From a virus, in the IMG/VR virus record IMGVR_UViG_3300017917_001342, positions 247,669 to 311,668 of that record: a stretch of 64,000 bases of DNA, one strand, 5' to 3'. The stretch's first letter is position 1. Each line of letters begins with the position of its first letter. Both the position numbers and the translations under genes were made by a program. The notes beneath the pieces are model-generated. The model was not told where the DNA came from. It searched no databases and saw nothing but the letters and a program-made list of their open reading frames with translations. This document shows, piece by piece, positions 29,442 through 38,954 of this stretch.

Positions 29442-29789
29442 TTAGTATTCTGCCATTTCGTACTGCACATCGTAGGTATTGACGATATTGTCGAACGCAT
29501 TGGGGTTGTTGAAACGATCTGCATCGAAGAACCAAAAGTCTACGGAATCTTCGTTACGAATAGCATAGGCTTCAATCAAACCTTGCCATACCAGTTCACA
29601 CACAGCATCGTTAGTTGCTTCACTGGTTGCATCGTTGCGGCTGAGAATCTCTAGCCTGCTATATGCATATTCCCAGACTTCAGTGTCTGTAAGGTCGGCT
29701 GCAAGTTCAAGACAGCGATCAAAAATGTCTTGAACCAGTGCGTTACCTTTGTCTGAAAACATGCCCCAGTGGAATTCGGTATCGATCAT
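29442..29789 (-). CDS. hypothetical acidic 115-aa protein
   Basis: GGAGAAG Shine-Dalgarno. Confidence 0.55.
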   Translation of the reverse strand: MIDTEFHWGMFSDKGNALVQDIFDRCLELAADLTDTEVWEYAYSRLEILSRNDATSEATNDAVCELVWQGLIEAYAIRNEDSVDFWFFDADRFNNPNAFDNIVNTYDVQYEMAEY

Positions 29790-29855
29790 TTTACTTCTCC
29801 GAGTTTTGCCCTGTTTAAATTACATAGCACTGCTATGTTTTGTAGTCAATGGTGT

Positions 29856-30035
29856 TTAATCGTCAAATGATGCATCGTCCCAGCCTTGCTGCCATGCATC
29901 ATATTCTGTCGACTCCCCTTGTATATCGCCAGTTCTATATGGATTATCAGGTCTTGCACCGCCGCCCCAACTCCAGGATTGGTATGCTTTATAACCTTCT
30001 CGATAAGCATCTGATTTTGGATTTGTGTAATACAT
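29856..30035 (-). CDS. hypothetical small protein (~59 aa from MYYTNPKSD after GGAG; track start 30092)
   Basis: An internal ATG carries the Shine-Dalgarno. Confidence 0.45.
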   Translation of the reverse strand: MYYTNPKSDAYREGYKAYQSWSWGGGARPDNPYRTGDIQGESTEYDAWQQGWDDASFDD

Positions 30036-30095
30036 TAGCATCTCCAATTTGACGTACATAGTACTAATTATACACGATATAACGTCACTCACAAG

Positions 30096-30126
30096 AACAG
30101 GGCCCGTAGGCCCTGTGCTTTTATTT
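30096..30126 (+). terminator. intrinsic-terminator-like hairpin oriented for the + strand (CAGGGCC-CGTA-GGCCCTG then TGCTTTTATTTT)
   Basis: GC stem plus a T-run, inside a minus-strand gene arm. Confidence 0.45.
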
Positions 30127-30136
30127 TACTGTGTTA

Positions 30137-30706
30137 TTAGGCTTCCAGTGCATCAAAGTCAGGCAGGTCAACACCCAGATCGTTCAGATCCACCAAGTCT
30201 TCGGCATCAACATCGAGCAGTTCAACGTCTGCGACCTGTTCAGCTTGCATACGCTCATGCACAGCTTTGATCAGCTTGCGATTCTTAGCTTTGATTGCAG
30301 CAGCTTCTTCCGGAGTACGCTTGGTACGCTTGGCCTTAGCAGCCATTTCAGCCAGCCGAGCCAGCAGCATTTCTTCGCGGGTAGCACGCTTCAGGAAGTG
30401 ACCTTTTTCGTCACGCTTGGGCATGTCGTCCAGCGTCAGCTTAGGCGCCTTTGCAGCCTTGACCGGCTTTTCATCTTCGCCGTAGGCTTTCAGCACAGCC
30501 TGCGCATCAGCGTCTTGGAAGTCCGCATGTGCCAGCAGCGCAGCAACCGCAGCTTCTTTGGTCATCGGCTCAGCCAGCATCACCAGCCGGATTGCAGTGT
30601 GACCGTTCTTTTCCAGAATCTTTGCACGAGCAAGCTCGTTAGCAAAGCGCACCTTGGTCTTGCCTTCCAGGGTCGACAGTCCGGCAACAGCAAACATCTT
30701 TTCCAT
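30137..30706 (-). CDS. hypothetical 190-aa Ala/Lys-rich protein with acidic C-terminus (start at MEKMFAV after AGGAG; track start 30964)
   Basis: Strong Shine-Dalgarno before the internal ATG. Confidence 0.55.
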   Translation of the reverse strand: MEKMFAVAGLSTLEGKTKVRFANELARAKILEKNGHTAIRLVMLAEPMTKEAAVAALLAHADFQDADAQAVLKAYGEDEKPVKAAKAPKLTLDDMPKRDEKGHFLKRATREEMLLARLAEMAAKAKRTKRTPEEAAAIKAKNRKLIKAVHERMQAEQVADVELLDVDAEDLVDLNDLGVDLPDFDALEA

Positions 30707-30821
30707 TTTGTAGTCTCCTATGTGTGTTACAGTCTTGCTTACGAGCGTTTTGTTTTGCTCTATGCCATATACATAGCAGTACTGAAAACCACTGTCAACA
30801 GTGTTTTGGATCTTTTTTGTC

Positions 30822-30861
30822 TTTTTTTCAAAAAAATAAGCAGTGGTTTCCCACTGCTTAT
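30822..30861 (-). terminator. minus-strand intrinsic terminator (ATAAGCAGTGG-TTTC-CCACTGCTTAT then TTTTTTT on the minus strand)
   Basis: 11-bp stem followed by a T-run in the transcribed direction. Confidence 0.6.
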
Positions 30862-30884
30862 GTCTAACCAATAAATTCAATGCG

Positions 30885-31091
30885 TTACGCAGTTTCTGTG
30901 GGTGCGTCACTGTTATTTGCGGGTACTGTGTCTTTTGTACGCAGTGCCTGCAACGCATTGCCAACTACTACAATACCAATACATGCCCACCAGTAGATTG
31001 AAGTCATGCCGCCTTCGAACACCTGTCCTGCAAGAATGCCGACTAGTGCAGCATTAATTGTACTACCGAGGATGTTTAGGAATTTCTTCAT
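30885..31091 (-). CDS. small membrane protein (2 TM)
   Basis: Hydrophobic profile. Confidence 0.5.
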   Translation of the reverse strand: MKKFLNILGSTINAALVGILAGQVFEGGMTSIYWWACIGIVVVGNALQALRTKDTVPANNSDAPTETA

Positions 31092-31378
31092 TAATGTGTC
31101 CTGTGTTTGTTAAGTTGTTGATAAAGTTCTTCTGGATTTTCTGCCGACAGTTTAAATTCGCCGCGCTGTTCGGCTAGTTTACGTTCCAACCTAACGTATT
31201 CTTGTATGCCTTTTATAGCCTTAAACAGACTAAATGCTGTAAACACAACTAAACAGATCATAACAAACAACATTATATTATTGAATAGTTGTTCAGCTTG
31301 ATGCCGCTGTTGTGCTGCGGTGTGTACATAACTTACAACTTTAGACACAGTGTATGTTAGTACGATTAAAAAATCCAT
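31091..31378 (-). CDS. membrane protein (N-terminal TMs, charged C-terminus), 95 aa
   Basis: Hydrophobic profile. Confidence 0.5.
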   Translation of the reverse strand: MDFLIVLTYTVSKVVSYVHTAAQQRHQAEQLFNNIMLFVMICLVVFTAFSLFKAIKGIQEYVRLERKLAEQRGEFKLSAENPEELYQQLNKHRTH

Positions 31379-31562
31379 AGCAAACCTGTAGTAAATGCGA
31401 GCAGTTGTTATGACATGCTCAGGTCATTGTCTCTGTAGTAAAAACTTGCCACCCCTATTACGGGACAAACGTATGGTCGGCCATAATAAATTAGTCTATG
31501 TCAATAAAATTAAAATATAAAACCTCTAGGACCGTCTCGTGTATTTTGCATTTTAATACCTT

Positions 31563-32420
31563 TTACTTTACGCCAATGAACGGAGTAGCTTCGCCCGGGA
31601 TCATAGTAGTAGGCAGTTTGCCATCCCAGACTTCTAGTGCTTTGTACTGCATCAGTTCAGCAGTAAGAGACTCGGCTAGCAGCTTGTTAGCTTTGGCCTG
31701 TGCCTCAGCAACCTTTAGAATACTGTTAGCCTGACCTTCTGCTTCTGCTACTTTTTTCTTAGCTTCTGCTTCTGCTTGTGCAATTTCATTCTGACGTTGC
31801 TGCGCCTTCTGTGTAGAAGCGTTTTTAGCATTGATGCTTGCAACCACATCGTCAGGTAGACGGATTTCGCTTAGCCAAGAAATAGATTCGATCTTAATAC
31901 CGATTGGTGCAACCTGTGCCGCAACATCTTCTTGTACCGCAGCCAACAGTTGTGCTTTGCCTTCGCCGTAGACACTGTCTACAGTACGAGTACTAGCCTG
32001 TTTGTTCAAGCTGTCGCGAACCATGTTGTAAAGGAACGTGTCGGTAATTTCTTCAACACCGCGACGATACTTTTGGAACACAGTGCTGACCTTAGTCGGA
32101 TCAATGCTGTAAGCAATACCAATGTCGGCGTTTGCAATGTTACCATCGCGAGTTTGGAAACTGATGCTTTCGTCGTTTGGTGAACCACAGCTTCCATCGT
32201 CGCCCGCAGTCCAGCAGTAGTTCTGCACAAACGTAGGGAACAGATACAGTTCTTCGTTCCAACCAATCCAATAGCGACCAACACCTAGTTCTTCACTATC
32301 GATACCCTTTTCGCCACCAAGCAAGTAGACTTTAACACCTACGTGACCCGCTGGCACTGTGCTACATGCTGCTAGAGACCCTAGCAGCATGGTAAGCATA
32401 AAACCCTTACGAAAATTCAT
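31563..32420 (-). CDS. SPFH/band-7 (prohibitin/HflC-like) domain lipoprotein
   Basis: Lipobox LLGSLAAC after an N-terminal signal. SPFH core followed by a coiled-coil tail (QAEAEAKKKVAEAEGQ). Confidence 0.65.
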   Translation of the reverse strand: MNFRKGFMLTMLLGSLAACSTVPAGHVGVKVYLLGGEKGIDSEELGVGRYWIGWNEELYLFPTFVQNYCWTAGDDGSCGSPNDESISFQTRDGNIANADIGIAYSIDPTKVSTVFQKYRRGVEEITDTFLYNMVRDSLNKQASTRTVDSVYGEGKAQLLAAVQEDVAAQVAPIGIKIESISWLSEIRLPDDVVASINAKNASTQKAQQRQNEIAQAEAEAKKKVAEAEGQANSILKVAEAQAKANKLLAESLTAELMQYKALEVWDGKLPTTMIPGEATPFIGVK

Positions 32421-32431
32421 CTGTGTAATCC

Positions 32432-33358
32432 TTATTCAAGTTCGCCAAAGGTATTCTTGATCGCAGGCTTAGCCTTAGCAGTAGCAGTGATCAGCTCTTC
32501 AAGCGCCTTTTGATTGTCGTTGAAGTATTGCTTGTTCACATATACGCCTGCTTGCCATGCAACTGTGTCAACACTAGTAAACCAGCCGCTTTGGAAGTTG
32601 CTTGGATAGCTACCCGACGGAATAGCTTGCCACTTGTACAGCGGCTTACCGTCAATGTTTGCAGCATCGTTGAAGTCCTTGTCGTTTGCACCAACCAGGT
32701 TGATAGCATCGCCAAAGTCAGTATCAGCAGCAAGCACAGTGGCATTTACCACAGCAGCAGGAACCAATGCGCAGGTAGTAGTGTTGCTAGCAACAGAACT
32801 CATTGCAATCGGACCATCTTCGTTGGTAACCTGCACTTCTTCATAGCTCTTGTCTTCGTTGATGAAGTTTTGCCAAATCAACCAAGCGCCGGAACCGTTC
32901 GGACCAAGTGCAACGCTCTTAGTATTGTCACCTGCAATATCGCTCAGATCTTCAACACCGGATTCTTTGCTGCACAGCACATGCAGGAATTCGCGTGGAC
33001 CCTGACCGATAATGCGCAGATTGTCAGCAGCAGCAGGATTCTTACGCTTGAGAACCACAGCACCGTCTGGCTGACCAATAAACGCTTGGCAGGACGATTC
33101 GTTTGCAATGTTTTCAGGTGTAGCCGGAGTCAGCACAGTGCGTTCGATGTTGTCCCAGGTGCCTTTGGTAAGGACAACATGCACATCAATATTCTTGGAA
33201 TCGGTTAGGAAACCTTGAATATATTGACCAGTGAGGTTGTAGGGTTTGCCCTCGCCGCCAGTGCAAATATTAACACGGACACGTTCTGCATGAGCAGTGC
33301 CTGCAAGTGCAGTAGTACCGATCAGTGCAGCAGCAGTAAGAGTAAGGAAGCGTTTCAT
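32432..33358 (-). CDS. secreted protein with signal peptide (MKRFLTLTAAALIGTTALAGTAHA), 308 aa, possible periplasmic binding-protein-like
   Basis: Signal peptide. No recognisable catalytic motif. Confidence 0.55.
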   Translation of the reverse strand: MKRFLTLTAAALIGTTALAGTAHAERVRVNICTGGEGKPYNLTGQYIQGFLTDSKNIDVHVVLTKGTWDNIERTVLTPATPENIANESSCQAFIGQPDGAVVLKRKNPAAADNLRIIGQGPREFLHVLCSKESGVEDLSDIAGDNTKSVALGPNGSGAWLIWQNFINEDKSYEEVQVTNEDGPIAMSSVASNTTTCALVPAAVVNATVLAADTDFGDAINLVGANDKDFNDAANIDGKPLYKWQAIPSGSYPSNFQSGWFTSVDTVAWQAGVYVNKQYFNDNQKALEELITATAKAKPAIKNTFGELE

Positions 33359-33564
33359 TGTGCATTCTCCTTGAAAGAGTTGATTAGTTTGTTGATGTGT
33401 TTGCGATTGAGGTAGTATAGCGTAACTGGAAGTAACAGTACACCGTAGATGACGCCTGCAATAACCAATGCAGTGTCAGGGTATGAAATCAGCCACGGTA
33501 GGATGATTCCAAAACTGACCACTATCAGCAGTAAGTCAGTAACCAATAGTAGATAAGTTTTCAT
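33355..33564 (-). CDS. small membrane protein (2 TM)
   Basis: Hydrophobic profile. Confidence 0.5.
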   Translation of the reverse strand: MKTYLLLVTDLLLIVVSFGIILPWLISYPDTALVIAGVIYGVLLLPVTLYYLNRKHINKLINSFKENAQ

Positions 33565-33635
33565 GCATACTCCAATTTCAGTTTGTTGAGTCGTAATAAT
33601 AGCACCTAACTAAAGTATGTCAAGTGCTATTATGA

Positions 33636-34049
33636 TCAGATACCAAGTTCTTCTGTGGCAATGGTGCCAGCACGCTTCATGTCAACAAGCGAACCAAACT
33701 TTGCACGAAGACCTTTCATCACTTCACCTTTGTTTGCAGGCACAGTGAATGTTTCGCGCAGATATGTGCGAACAGCGTCGTCCGATGCCATCTGTGGCAG
33801 TACAGACATCAGCACAGCCTTTTCCTGTTCAATTACAGCAGTGTCGGCAGCAACTTTGAGATTTTCATCAAGTGTTGCAACAATCTTTTGCAGCACTTTG
33901 ATAGCTTCGTCTTCTGTAGTTGCACGGTTGCCTGCGTTTTTACCAACCTTTTCAATTTCGCTAAGTGCGAAAGTGATCGAAGGTGCAATTGGATTGCGTT
34001 CTTTGCGGAGACGCAACGATTCAGTTTTGAGTTTTTCGATAACAGACAT
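33636..34049 (-). CDS. yqeY: GatB/YqeY-domain protein
   Basis: Overall helical pattern (MSVIEKLK..LRLRK ... LQKIV ... LMSVLPQMASDDAVRTYL) matches the YqeY family. Confidence 0.55.
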   Translation of the reverse strand: MSVIEKLKTESLRLRKERNPIAPSITFALSEIEKVGKNAGNRATTEDEAIKVLQKIVATLDENLKVAADTAVIEQEKAVLMSVLPQMASDDAVRTYLRETFTVPANKGEVMKGLRAKFGSLVDMKRAGTIATEELGI

Positions 34050-34209
34050 CGTCTTCTTCCTTTATATTTCTAGTTGTATTACAGCGAGTACATGTGTACT
34101 CGTCTGCAAATGGTATAGTAAGCGAACCGCCCCATTTAGACACGTACCAATTGTGACCAAACAAGTTACATATCAACTGGTTCAATCGTATCATAACGTG
34201 TCCTCTCAA
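34021..34209 (-). CDS. hypothetical 62-aa Cys-containing protein
   Basis: ORF. Partial overlap with the upstream gene. Confidence 0.35.
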   Translation of the reverse strand: MRGHVMIRLNQLICNLFGHNWYVSKWGGSLTIPFADEYTCTRCNTTRNIKEEDDVCYRKTQN

Positions 34210-34670
34210 GAAATAGTAGTTACATCTTCGGTGGTTACACGTTCGTATTGATAGTCAACACGTTCTTTAACAAATGACATTGCAGCAAGATAGTTTTCAG
34301 TGCGCACAATTTCATCAGTAATGGCTTTATCAGCAGTTGCCCAATAAAACCCGTTATCCTTGTTGGTTTTTAGGATTTCAAAGTATACCTTCGGTACTGC
34401 ATCAACTGTGCTGGCCATAAAATGCTCATTGCCATATTTGGCTTCTAGCACATACAGCATTGGATAGCGGCTGTGCTTGCGCTGTTCTTCGTTGCGCTTG
34501 AGATAAAACATTTCACGTTGGCCAAGTTTGGTCAGTCGTGCAAGGTCTTTTTCCAAGTCGTATTCGTTTTCTTTACGCCACTGTGCATCAGCCTTTTCGG
34601 CATCAGCTAGTTTATCGTAAACATACCCGTCTAGCGATTTGTAGCGTTCAACAGTGACTACTTCGACCAT
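34206..34670 (-). CDS. hypothetical 154-aa protein
   Basis: ORF. Confidence 0.5.
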   Translation of the reverse strand: MVEVVTVERYKSLDGYVYDKLADAEKADAQWRKENEYDLEKDLARLTKLGQREMFYLKRNEEQRKHSRYPMLYVLEAKYGNEHFMASTVDAVPKVYFEILKTNKDNGFYWATADKAITDEIVRTENYLAAMSFVKERVDYQYERVTTEDVTTIS

Positions 34671-34684
34671 GATCTTGACCTATA

Positions 34685-34936
34685 TCAAAGGTTGGTGTTG
34701 GGTTTGGTTTCAGTTGAACGAATCTTACGTTCATTCATGTGTTGGATTTGCAGTGCAAAACTTTCGGGGGTGCTTTCATACTCCCAGGCGTGCTTAGCAG
34801 CAAGTTTAGTAACTTTGCTACCGTCAATTTTGCGACGCTTGATTTCTGCAATTGCCAGCTTGCACCAATCTTCGAGACTGGTATTGTGCCGGGTGTGTAG
34901 TGTACGAAGCTTAGACTCTTGCACGTTCTCTGTCAT
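34685..34936 (-). CDS. hypothetical 83-aa basic protein
   Basis: ORF. Confidence 0.45.
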   Translation of the reverse strand: MTENVQESKLRTLHTRHNTSLEDWCKLAIAEIKRRKIDGSKVTKLAAKHAWEYESTPESFALQIQHMNERKIRSTETKPNTNL

Positions 34937-35003
34937 TTTAACTGCCTATATTCAAGTTGGTTGTTTAACACTGTGTTGACACTAGCATGCTGTATTGAAG
35001 TTG

Positions 35004-35315
35004 TCAAGCAGCTACGGGCCATTTAGATTTAAATTCTTCTAGTTGGAGGTCGGTTGATAGATACAGTATACCACTGTCTACAGCAGAACCTCTGTACTTC
35101 ATACAGTCCCAGGCCCACGGCATCTTTTTACCAGTGTATTCGTAATAGTTTATCCAATGCATAGATTCAATGCCAGAGCCCCATTGTGACCAACACCAGT
35201 CTCTTGCATCAAAAAATTCCAGAATTCCCCAACTGATTTGATGCATCATATAACCGTGTAGTTGATTTCGATTACCAACTGGCTTAACAGTCCAATCCAT
35301 TAATATTTTCCCCAT
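35004..35315 (-). CDS. hypothetical 103-aa Trp-rich protein, probable divergent W-tail family member (RDWCWSQWG ... EEFKSKW)
   Basis: Partial motif. Confidence 0.45.
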   Translation of the reverse strand: MGKILMDWTVKPVGNRNQLHGYMMHQISWGILEFFDARDWCWSQWGSGIESMHWINYYEYTGKKMPWAWDCMKYRGSAVDSGILYLSTDLQLEEFKSKWPVAA

Positions 35316-35617
35316 GTAAATCTAAACAGCATAGCATCTTCTTCTGTGAGAAACCATACATGGCTTTCAACCCAAGCGTAGTTTGAGCCATAGGCATCAT
35401 AGCACCATTGCATGATAGCAGGTGCATCTTTTGCTGCGGCTTTGTCAAGTTTGATTCCGTAATATCCTGCGTCTTTAAATGCAGCAGACGACACTATGCG
35501 TTTAGGATCAAGCTTGGTAAACACTAGACGATATCGATCGCGCGAAGGTACGGCATTGCGACCAACATCACGATGCTTTGAAAACCGAGCAGGTGTTCTA
35601 AGATTCTTATTGATCAT
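35300..35617 (-). CDS. W-tail family member (QWCYDAYGSNY ... EEDAMLFRFTWGKY)
   Basis: Both motifs present. Confidence 0.6.
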   Translation of the reverse strand: MINKNLRTPARFSKHRDVGRNAVPSRDRYRLVFTKLDPKRIVSSAAFKDAGYYGIKLDKAAAKDAPAIMQWCYDAYGSNYAWVESHVWFLTEEDAMLFRFTWGKY

Positions 35618-35626
35618 GTAGAGTCC

Positions 35627-35658
35627 TGTAGATGCTATGCTACACTATAGCATCTACA
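35627..35658 (-). promoter_or_regulatory. 12-bp perfect stem-loop (TGTAGATGCTAT / ATAGCATCTACA, 8-nt loop) 10 nt upstream of the start codon of 35300..35617
   Basis: Perfect inverted repeat abutting the AGGACT Shine-Dalgarno, with no U-tract. Likely an RNA processing or translational control element. Confidence 0.4.
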
Positions 35659-35681
35659 TAAACACAGTCAATACAGTATTA

Positions 35682-36518
35682 TCAGACTTCTAACACTAGT
35701 TTCGGATCAAACGCACCCTGTGGACGTTCTTTTGGATAACCTCTGGGATTGCAAACTACTCTGGTATTGCCAATCATGTAATCGTGACTGTCGTGTACAT
35801 GTCCATGTATCCACAGCTTGAGATGATCATGACTGACCATTAACCAATCTAAGTTGCTGACAAATGCACCATTCATATGCAGTTGATGTGCATACTTTGG
35901 ATGAATACTACGAAAGCTCGGTGCATGATGACCTACAACAACAGTGTTGCGCTTGTCTAGTTCAAGTTGTGTTTTTAGCCATTCAACAGTTTTACGATGT
36001 GTATCAGCAGTTACACTCGGTGGTAGTTTATAATACAAATCACCTACATTGTAGGTAATTGATTTATAATCATTCATCATATCCTTAACAACCATTTCAG
36101 TCATAGGATCATAGTTGTTGAGGCTGCTCCAAACTGTTGCACCAAGAAACACGGTATCGTTGATAACCATCTTGTCTTGTTCTAGAAGATGGATGTTACC
36201 GTGCCGAGCAGCTTCTGTACGAAGTATGTCAGCAGTGCGATCCCAACGTCCGCTGTAGTGTTCATGGTTGCCCATCACATAGAGCACAGTGTCAAACTCT
36301 TGACTTACCTGATGAAAAAAGCTTCGATATCTGATAGCATCGTCTGCATACCAGCCCTTTTGAATATAAGTGTAATCAATACCTGCGCTGGGATTTCTAT
36401 GCATGTGTTCTGCAACACAGATGTCGCCTGCAAGTACCAGTACATCTGCACCTGCATTTTCTACTCGTATGTCTTCTGCAAATTCCAAATGCAGGTCACT
36501 GATCAACTGTATTTTCAT
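35682..36518 (-). CDS. calcineurin-like metallophosphoesterase
   Basis: Motifs DLHLE, GDxxD-like (LAGDIC), GNHE, HHAP and GHVH are visible. Confidence 0.75.
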   Translation of the reverse strand: MKIQLISDLHLEFAEDIRVENAGADVLVLAGDICVAEHMHRNPSAGIDYTYIQKGWYADDAIRYRSFFHQVSQEFDTVLYVMGNHEHYSGRWDRTADILRTEAARHGNIHLLEQDKMVINDTVFLGATVWSSLNNYDPMTEMVVKDMMNDYKSITYNVGDLYYKLPPSVTADTHRKTVEWLKTQLELDKRNTVVVGHHAPSFRSIHPKYAHQLHMNGAFVSNLDWLMVSHDHLKLWIHGHVHDSHDYMIGNTRVVCNPRGYPKERPQGAFDPKLVLEV

Positions 36519-36573
36519 TTTTAACTCACTGTGTTAAGACATTAACTTAGCATCATACTGTGTTGATGTAAAG

Positions 36574-37026
36574 TTATCTAGCAGACTTTTTAGATTCCTC
36601 AGAATCGTGTACACGTTTGCGCAGATCGCTGCTGCTGAATCTATGATCTCGCTTGTTGAAATACAGTTGTATTCCGCGACGTCTGCAAATATCTTTGCCA
36701 GTGAAATCTTTGTCTTTGTATTCCACACCTAATATACGAACGTCTATGCGATACATTTCCAATATATCTTCAAGATCTTTTTCTGTAGCATAGGGTATGA
36801 TCTCGTCAACATACTTTACGCCTTTTAACTGTGTGTATCGTTCAACTATGGTTTGTACAGGTGTGTTTTTGTCTTTGCGATCAGCACTGGGATCCGTTTG
36901 CAATGCACAGATAAGATAGTCACACTGTTCTTTAGCTTCTCTTAGCATTTGAACATGTCCGGCATGCAATAGATCAAACGCAGATGCAGTAAATCCAATC
37001 TTTACAGTTTTTGTTATATCGTTCAT
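36574..37026 (-). CDS. cytidylyltransferase-like nucleotidyltransferase (HxGH motif FDLLHAGH)
   Basis: (T/H)xGH signature of the cytidylyltransferase superfamily (TagD / RfaE domain II-like). Confidence 0.65.
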   Translation of the reverse strand: MNDITKTVKIGFTASAFDLLHAGHVQMLREAKEQCDYLICALQTDPSADRKDKNTPVQTIVERYTQLKGVKYVDEIIPYATEKDLEDILEMYRIDVRILGVEYKDKDFTGKDICRRRGIQLYFNKRDHRFSSSDLRKRVHDSEESKKSAR

Positions 37027-37062
37027 TTTTTATCTTTGTTTATAATTGGTTGCACTTAGTAA

Positions 37063-37095
37063 AATGCTGCTGCACATATCGTGTACAGCAGCATT
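37063..37095 (-). terminator. hairpin/terminator immediately 3' of dnaK (10-bp stem AATGCTGCTG / CAGCAGCATT, then TTTTAC on the minus strand)
   Basis: Strong stem 6 nt after the dnaK stop, with a short U-run. Confidence 0.45.
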
Positions 37096-37100
37096 GATTT

Positions 37101-38954
37101 TTACACTGGATCAGCTTTTACATCGATTGGGCCATCATCGGGCGGCGATGATTGCGACTTGTAAATTATTTCACCCATTTTCATTAGGCTGTCACCTAGT
37201 GATTGCAATGCGGACTGCATTTCTTCAACAGTGTCTTTAGACAATGCTTCGCGTGTAGTAACAAGCTTTTCTTCTATTTCACTTTTCAGTTCTGCAGGAA
37301 GTTTGTCTTCATGTTCCTTGAGTTGCTTTTCAGCCTGATGGATCTGTGCTTCGCCTTGGTTACGAGTTTCAATTACAGCACGCTTCTTTTTGTCAGCTTC
37401 GGCATTTTCCTCAGCTTCTTTAACCATGCGATTAATATCGTCCTCGCTAAGGCCGCCGCTGCTTTGAATTGTAACTTTTTGTTCTTTACCAGTTGCTACA
37501 TCTTTTGCGCTTACATTTACGATACCGTTTGCGTCAATGTCAAATGTAACTTCGATCTGCGGAACGCCTCTAGGTGCTGGTGGGATGCCTTCAAGATTAA
37601 ATGTAGCTAGAAGTTTGTTATCACGAGCAAGTTCGCGTTCACCTTGGCAAACCACAATCTGTACACCCGGCTGATTGTCTTGTGCAGTACTAAAGACCTG
37701 ACTCTTCTTAGTAGGAATAGTAGTGTTGCGTTCAATCAGTTTGGTAAACACGCCACCGAGTGTTTCAATGCCCAGGCTAAGAGGTGTAACGTCTAGCAGT
37801 AGAACGTCTTTAACGTCGCCTTGTAGAACGCCACCTTGAATAGCAGCACCCATAGCAACTACTTCATCTGGGTTAACACCCTGACTTGGGTCACGCTTGA
37901 ACAGTTCTTTGACTGTTTGCTGTACCTTAGGCATACGTGTTTGACCACCGACAAGAATTACTTCTGTAATATCTTCTGGCTTTAGCTTAGCATCAGCAAG
38001 TGCTTTACGGCAAGGTTCTTTAGTGCGTTCAACTAGTTTTTCAACTAGACTTTCTAGTTTAGCACGAGTGAGTTTTACAGTAAGGTGCTTAGGACCTTCT
38101 GCCCCTGCGGTAATATATGGCAAGTTGATTTCAGTCTGCGAACTGCTACTAAGTTCAATTTTGGCTTTTTCAGCAGCTTCTTTGAGACGCTGTAGAGCCA
38201 TGCCATCTTTGCGAAGGTCAACACCCTGTTCTTTTTTGAATTCGTCTGCAAGATAATCAACGATCTGCAAGTCGAAATCTTCACCGCCTAGCTGTGTATC
38301 GCCGTTGGTACTGAGAACTTCAAATACACCGTCGCCTAGTTCTAGAATACTGATATCAAATGTACCACCACCGAGGTCATAGACTGCAATCTTGCCACTG
38401 CCCTTTTTGTCAAGACCGTATGCTAGTGCAGCAGCAGTCGGTTCGTTGATAATACGTAGTACTTCTAGTCCGGCAATTTTACCTGCGTCTTTAGTAGCCT
38501 GACGCTGTGCATCGTTAAAGTATGCAGGTACAGTAATAACAGCCTGTGTTACTGCGGTACCGAGATAGCGTTCAGCAGTTTCTTTCATCTTGACAAGAAT
38601 CTTTGCAGATACTTCTGCAGGACTCATTGCTTTGCCGTCAACTGAAACATATGCGTCGCCATTTGGTGCAGCTACAATTTCGTAAGGCAATAGTTTGCTG
38701 TCTTTTTGAACAGATGAATCTGTAAAACTACGACCAATTAGTCGCTTTACAGCATGTAGTGTATTTTTTGGGTTTGTAACGCTTTGACGTTTTGCAGCAG
38801 CACCGACTAGCTGTTCACCGTCTTTTGCAAATGCAACAATACTAGGTGTGGTGCGAGCACCTTCTGAATTTTCAATTACTTTGGCAGTTCCGCCATCCAT
38901 GATACTTACACAACTGTTTGTTGTACCAAGGTCAATACCAATTACTTTGCTCAT
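37101..38954 (-). CDS. dnaK: Hsp70 chaperone DnaK (617 aa)
   Basis: N-terminus [24 protein letters not shown], and a full-length substrate-binding and lid region. GAGGAG Shine-Dalgarno. Confidence 0.95.
   Translation of the reverse strand: MSKVIGIDLGTTNSCVSIMDGGTAKVIENSEGARTTPSIVAFAKDGEQLVGAAAKRQSVTNPKNTLHAVKRLIGRSFTDSSVQKDSKLLPYEIVAAPNGDAYVSVDGKAMSPAEVSAKILVKMKETAERYLGTAVTQAVITVPAYFNDAQRQATKDAGKIAGLEVLRIINEPTAAALAYGLDKKGSGKIAVYDLGGGTFDISILELGDGVFEVLSTNGDTQLGGEDFDLQIVDYLADEFKKEQGVDLRKDGMALQRLKEAAEKAKIELSSSSQTEINLPYITAGAEGPKHLTVKLTRAKLESLVEKLVERTKEPCRKALADAKLKPEDITEVILVGGQTRMPKVQQTVKELFKRDPSQGVNPDEVVAMGAAIQGGVLQGDVKDVLLLDVTPLSLGIETLGGVFTKLIERNTTIPTKKSQVFSTAQDNQPGVQIVVCQGERELARDNKLLATFNLEGIPPAPRGVPQIEVTFDIDANGIVNVSAKDVATGKEQKVTIQSSGGLSEDDINRMVKEAEENAEADKKKRAVIETRNQGEAQIHQAEKQLKEHEDKLPAELKSEIEEKLVTTREALSKDTVEEMQSALQSLGDSLMKMGEIIYKSQSSPPDDGPIDVKADPV

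Noticed and set aside
31379-31562. 184-nt intergenic gap examined for a hidden gene or terminator
   Set aside because: No ORF with a start and Shine-Dalgarno. Only weak stems. A TTGACA box is present but without a convincing -10. It was left as an unassigned regulatory spacer.
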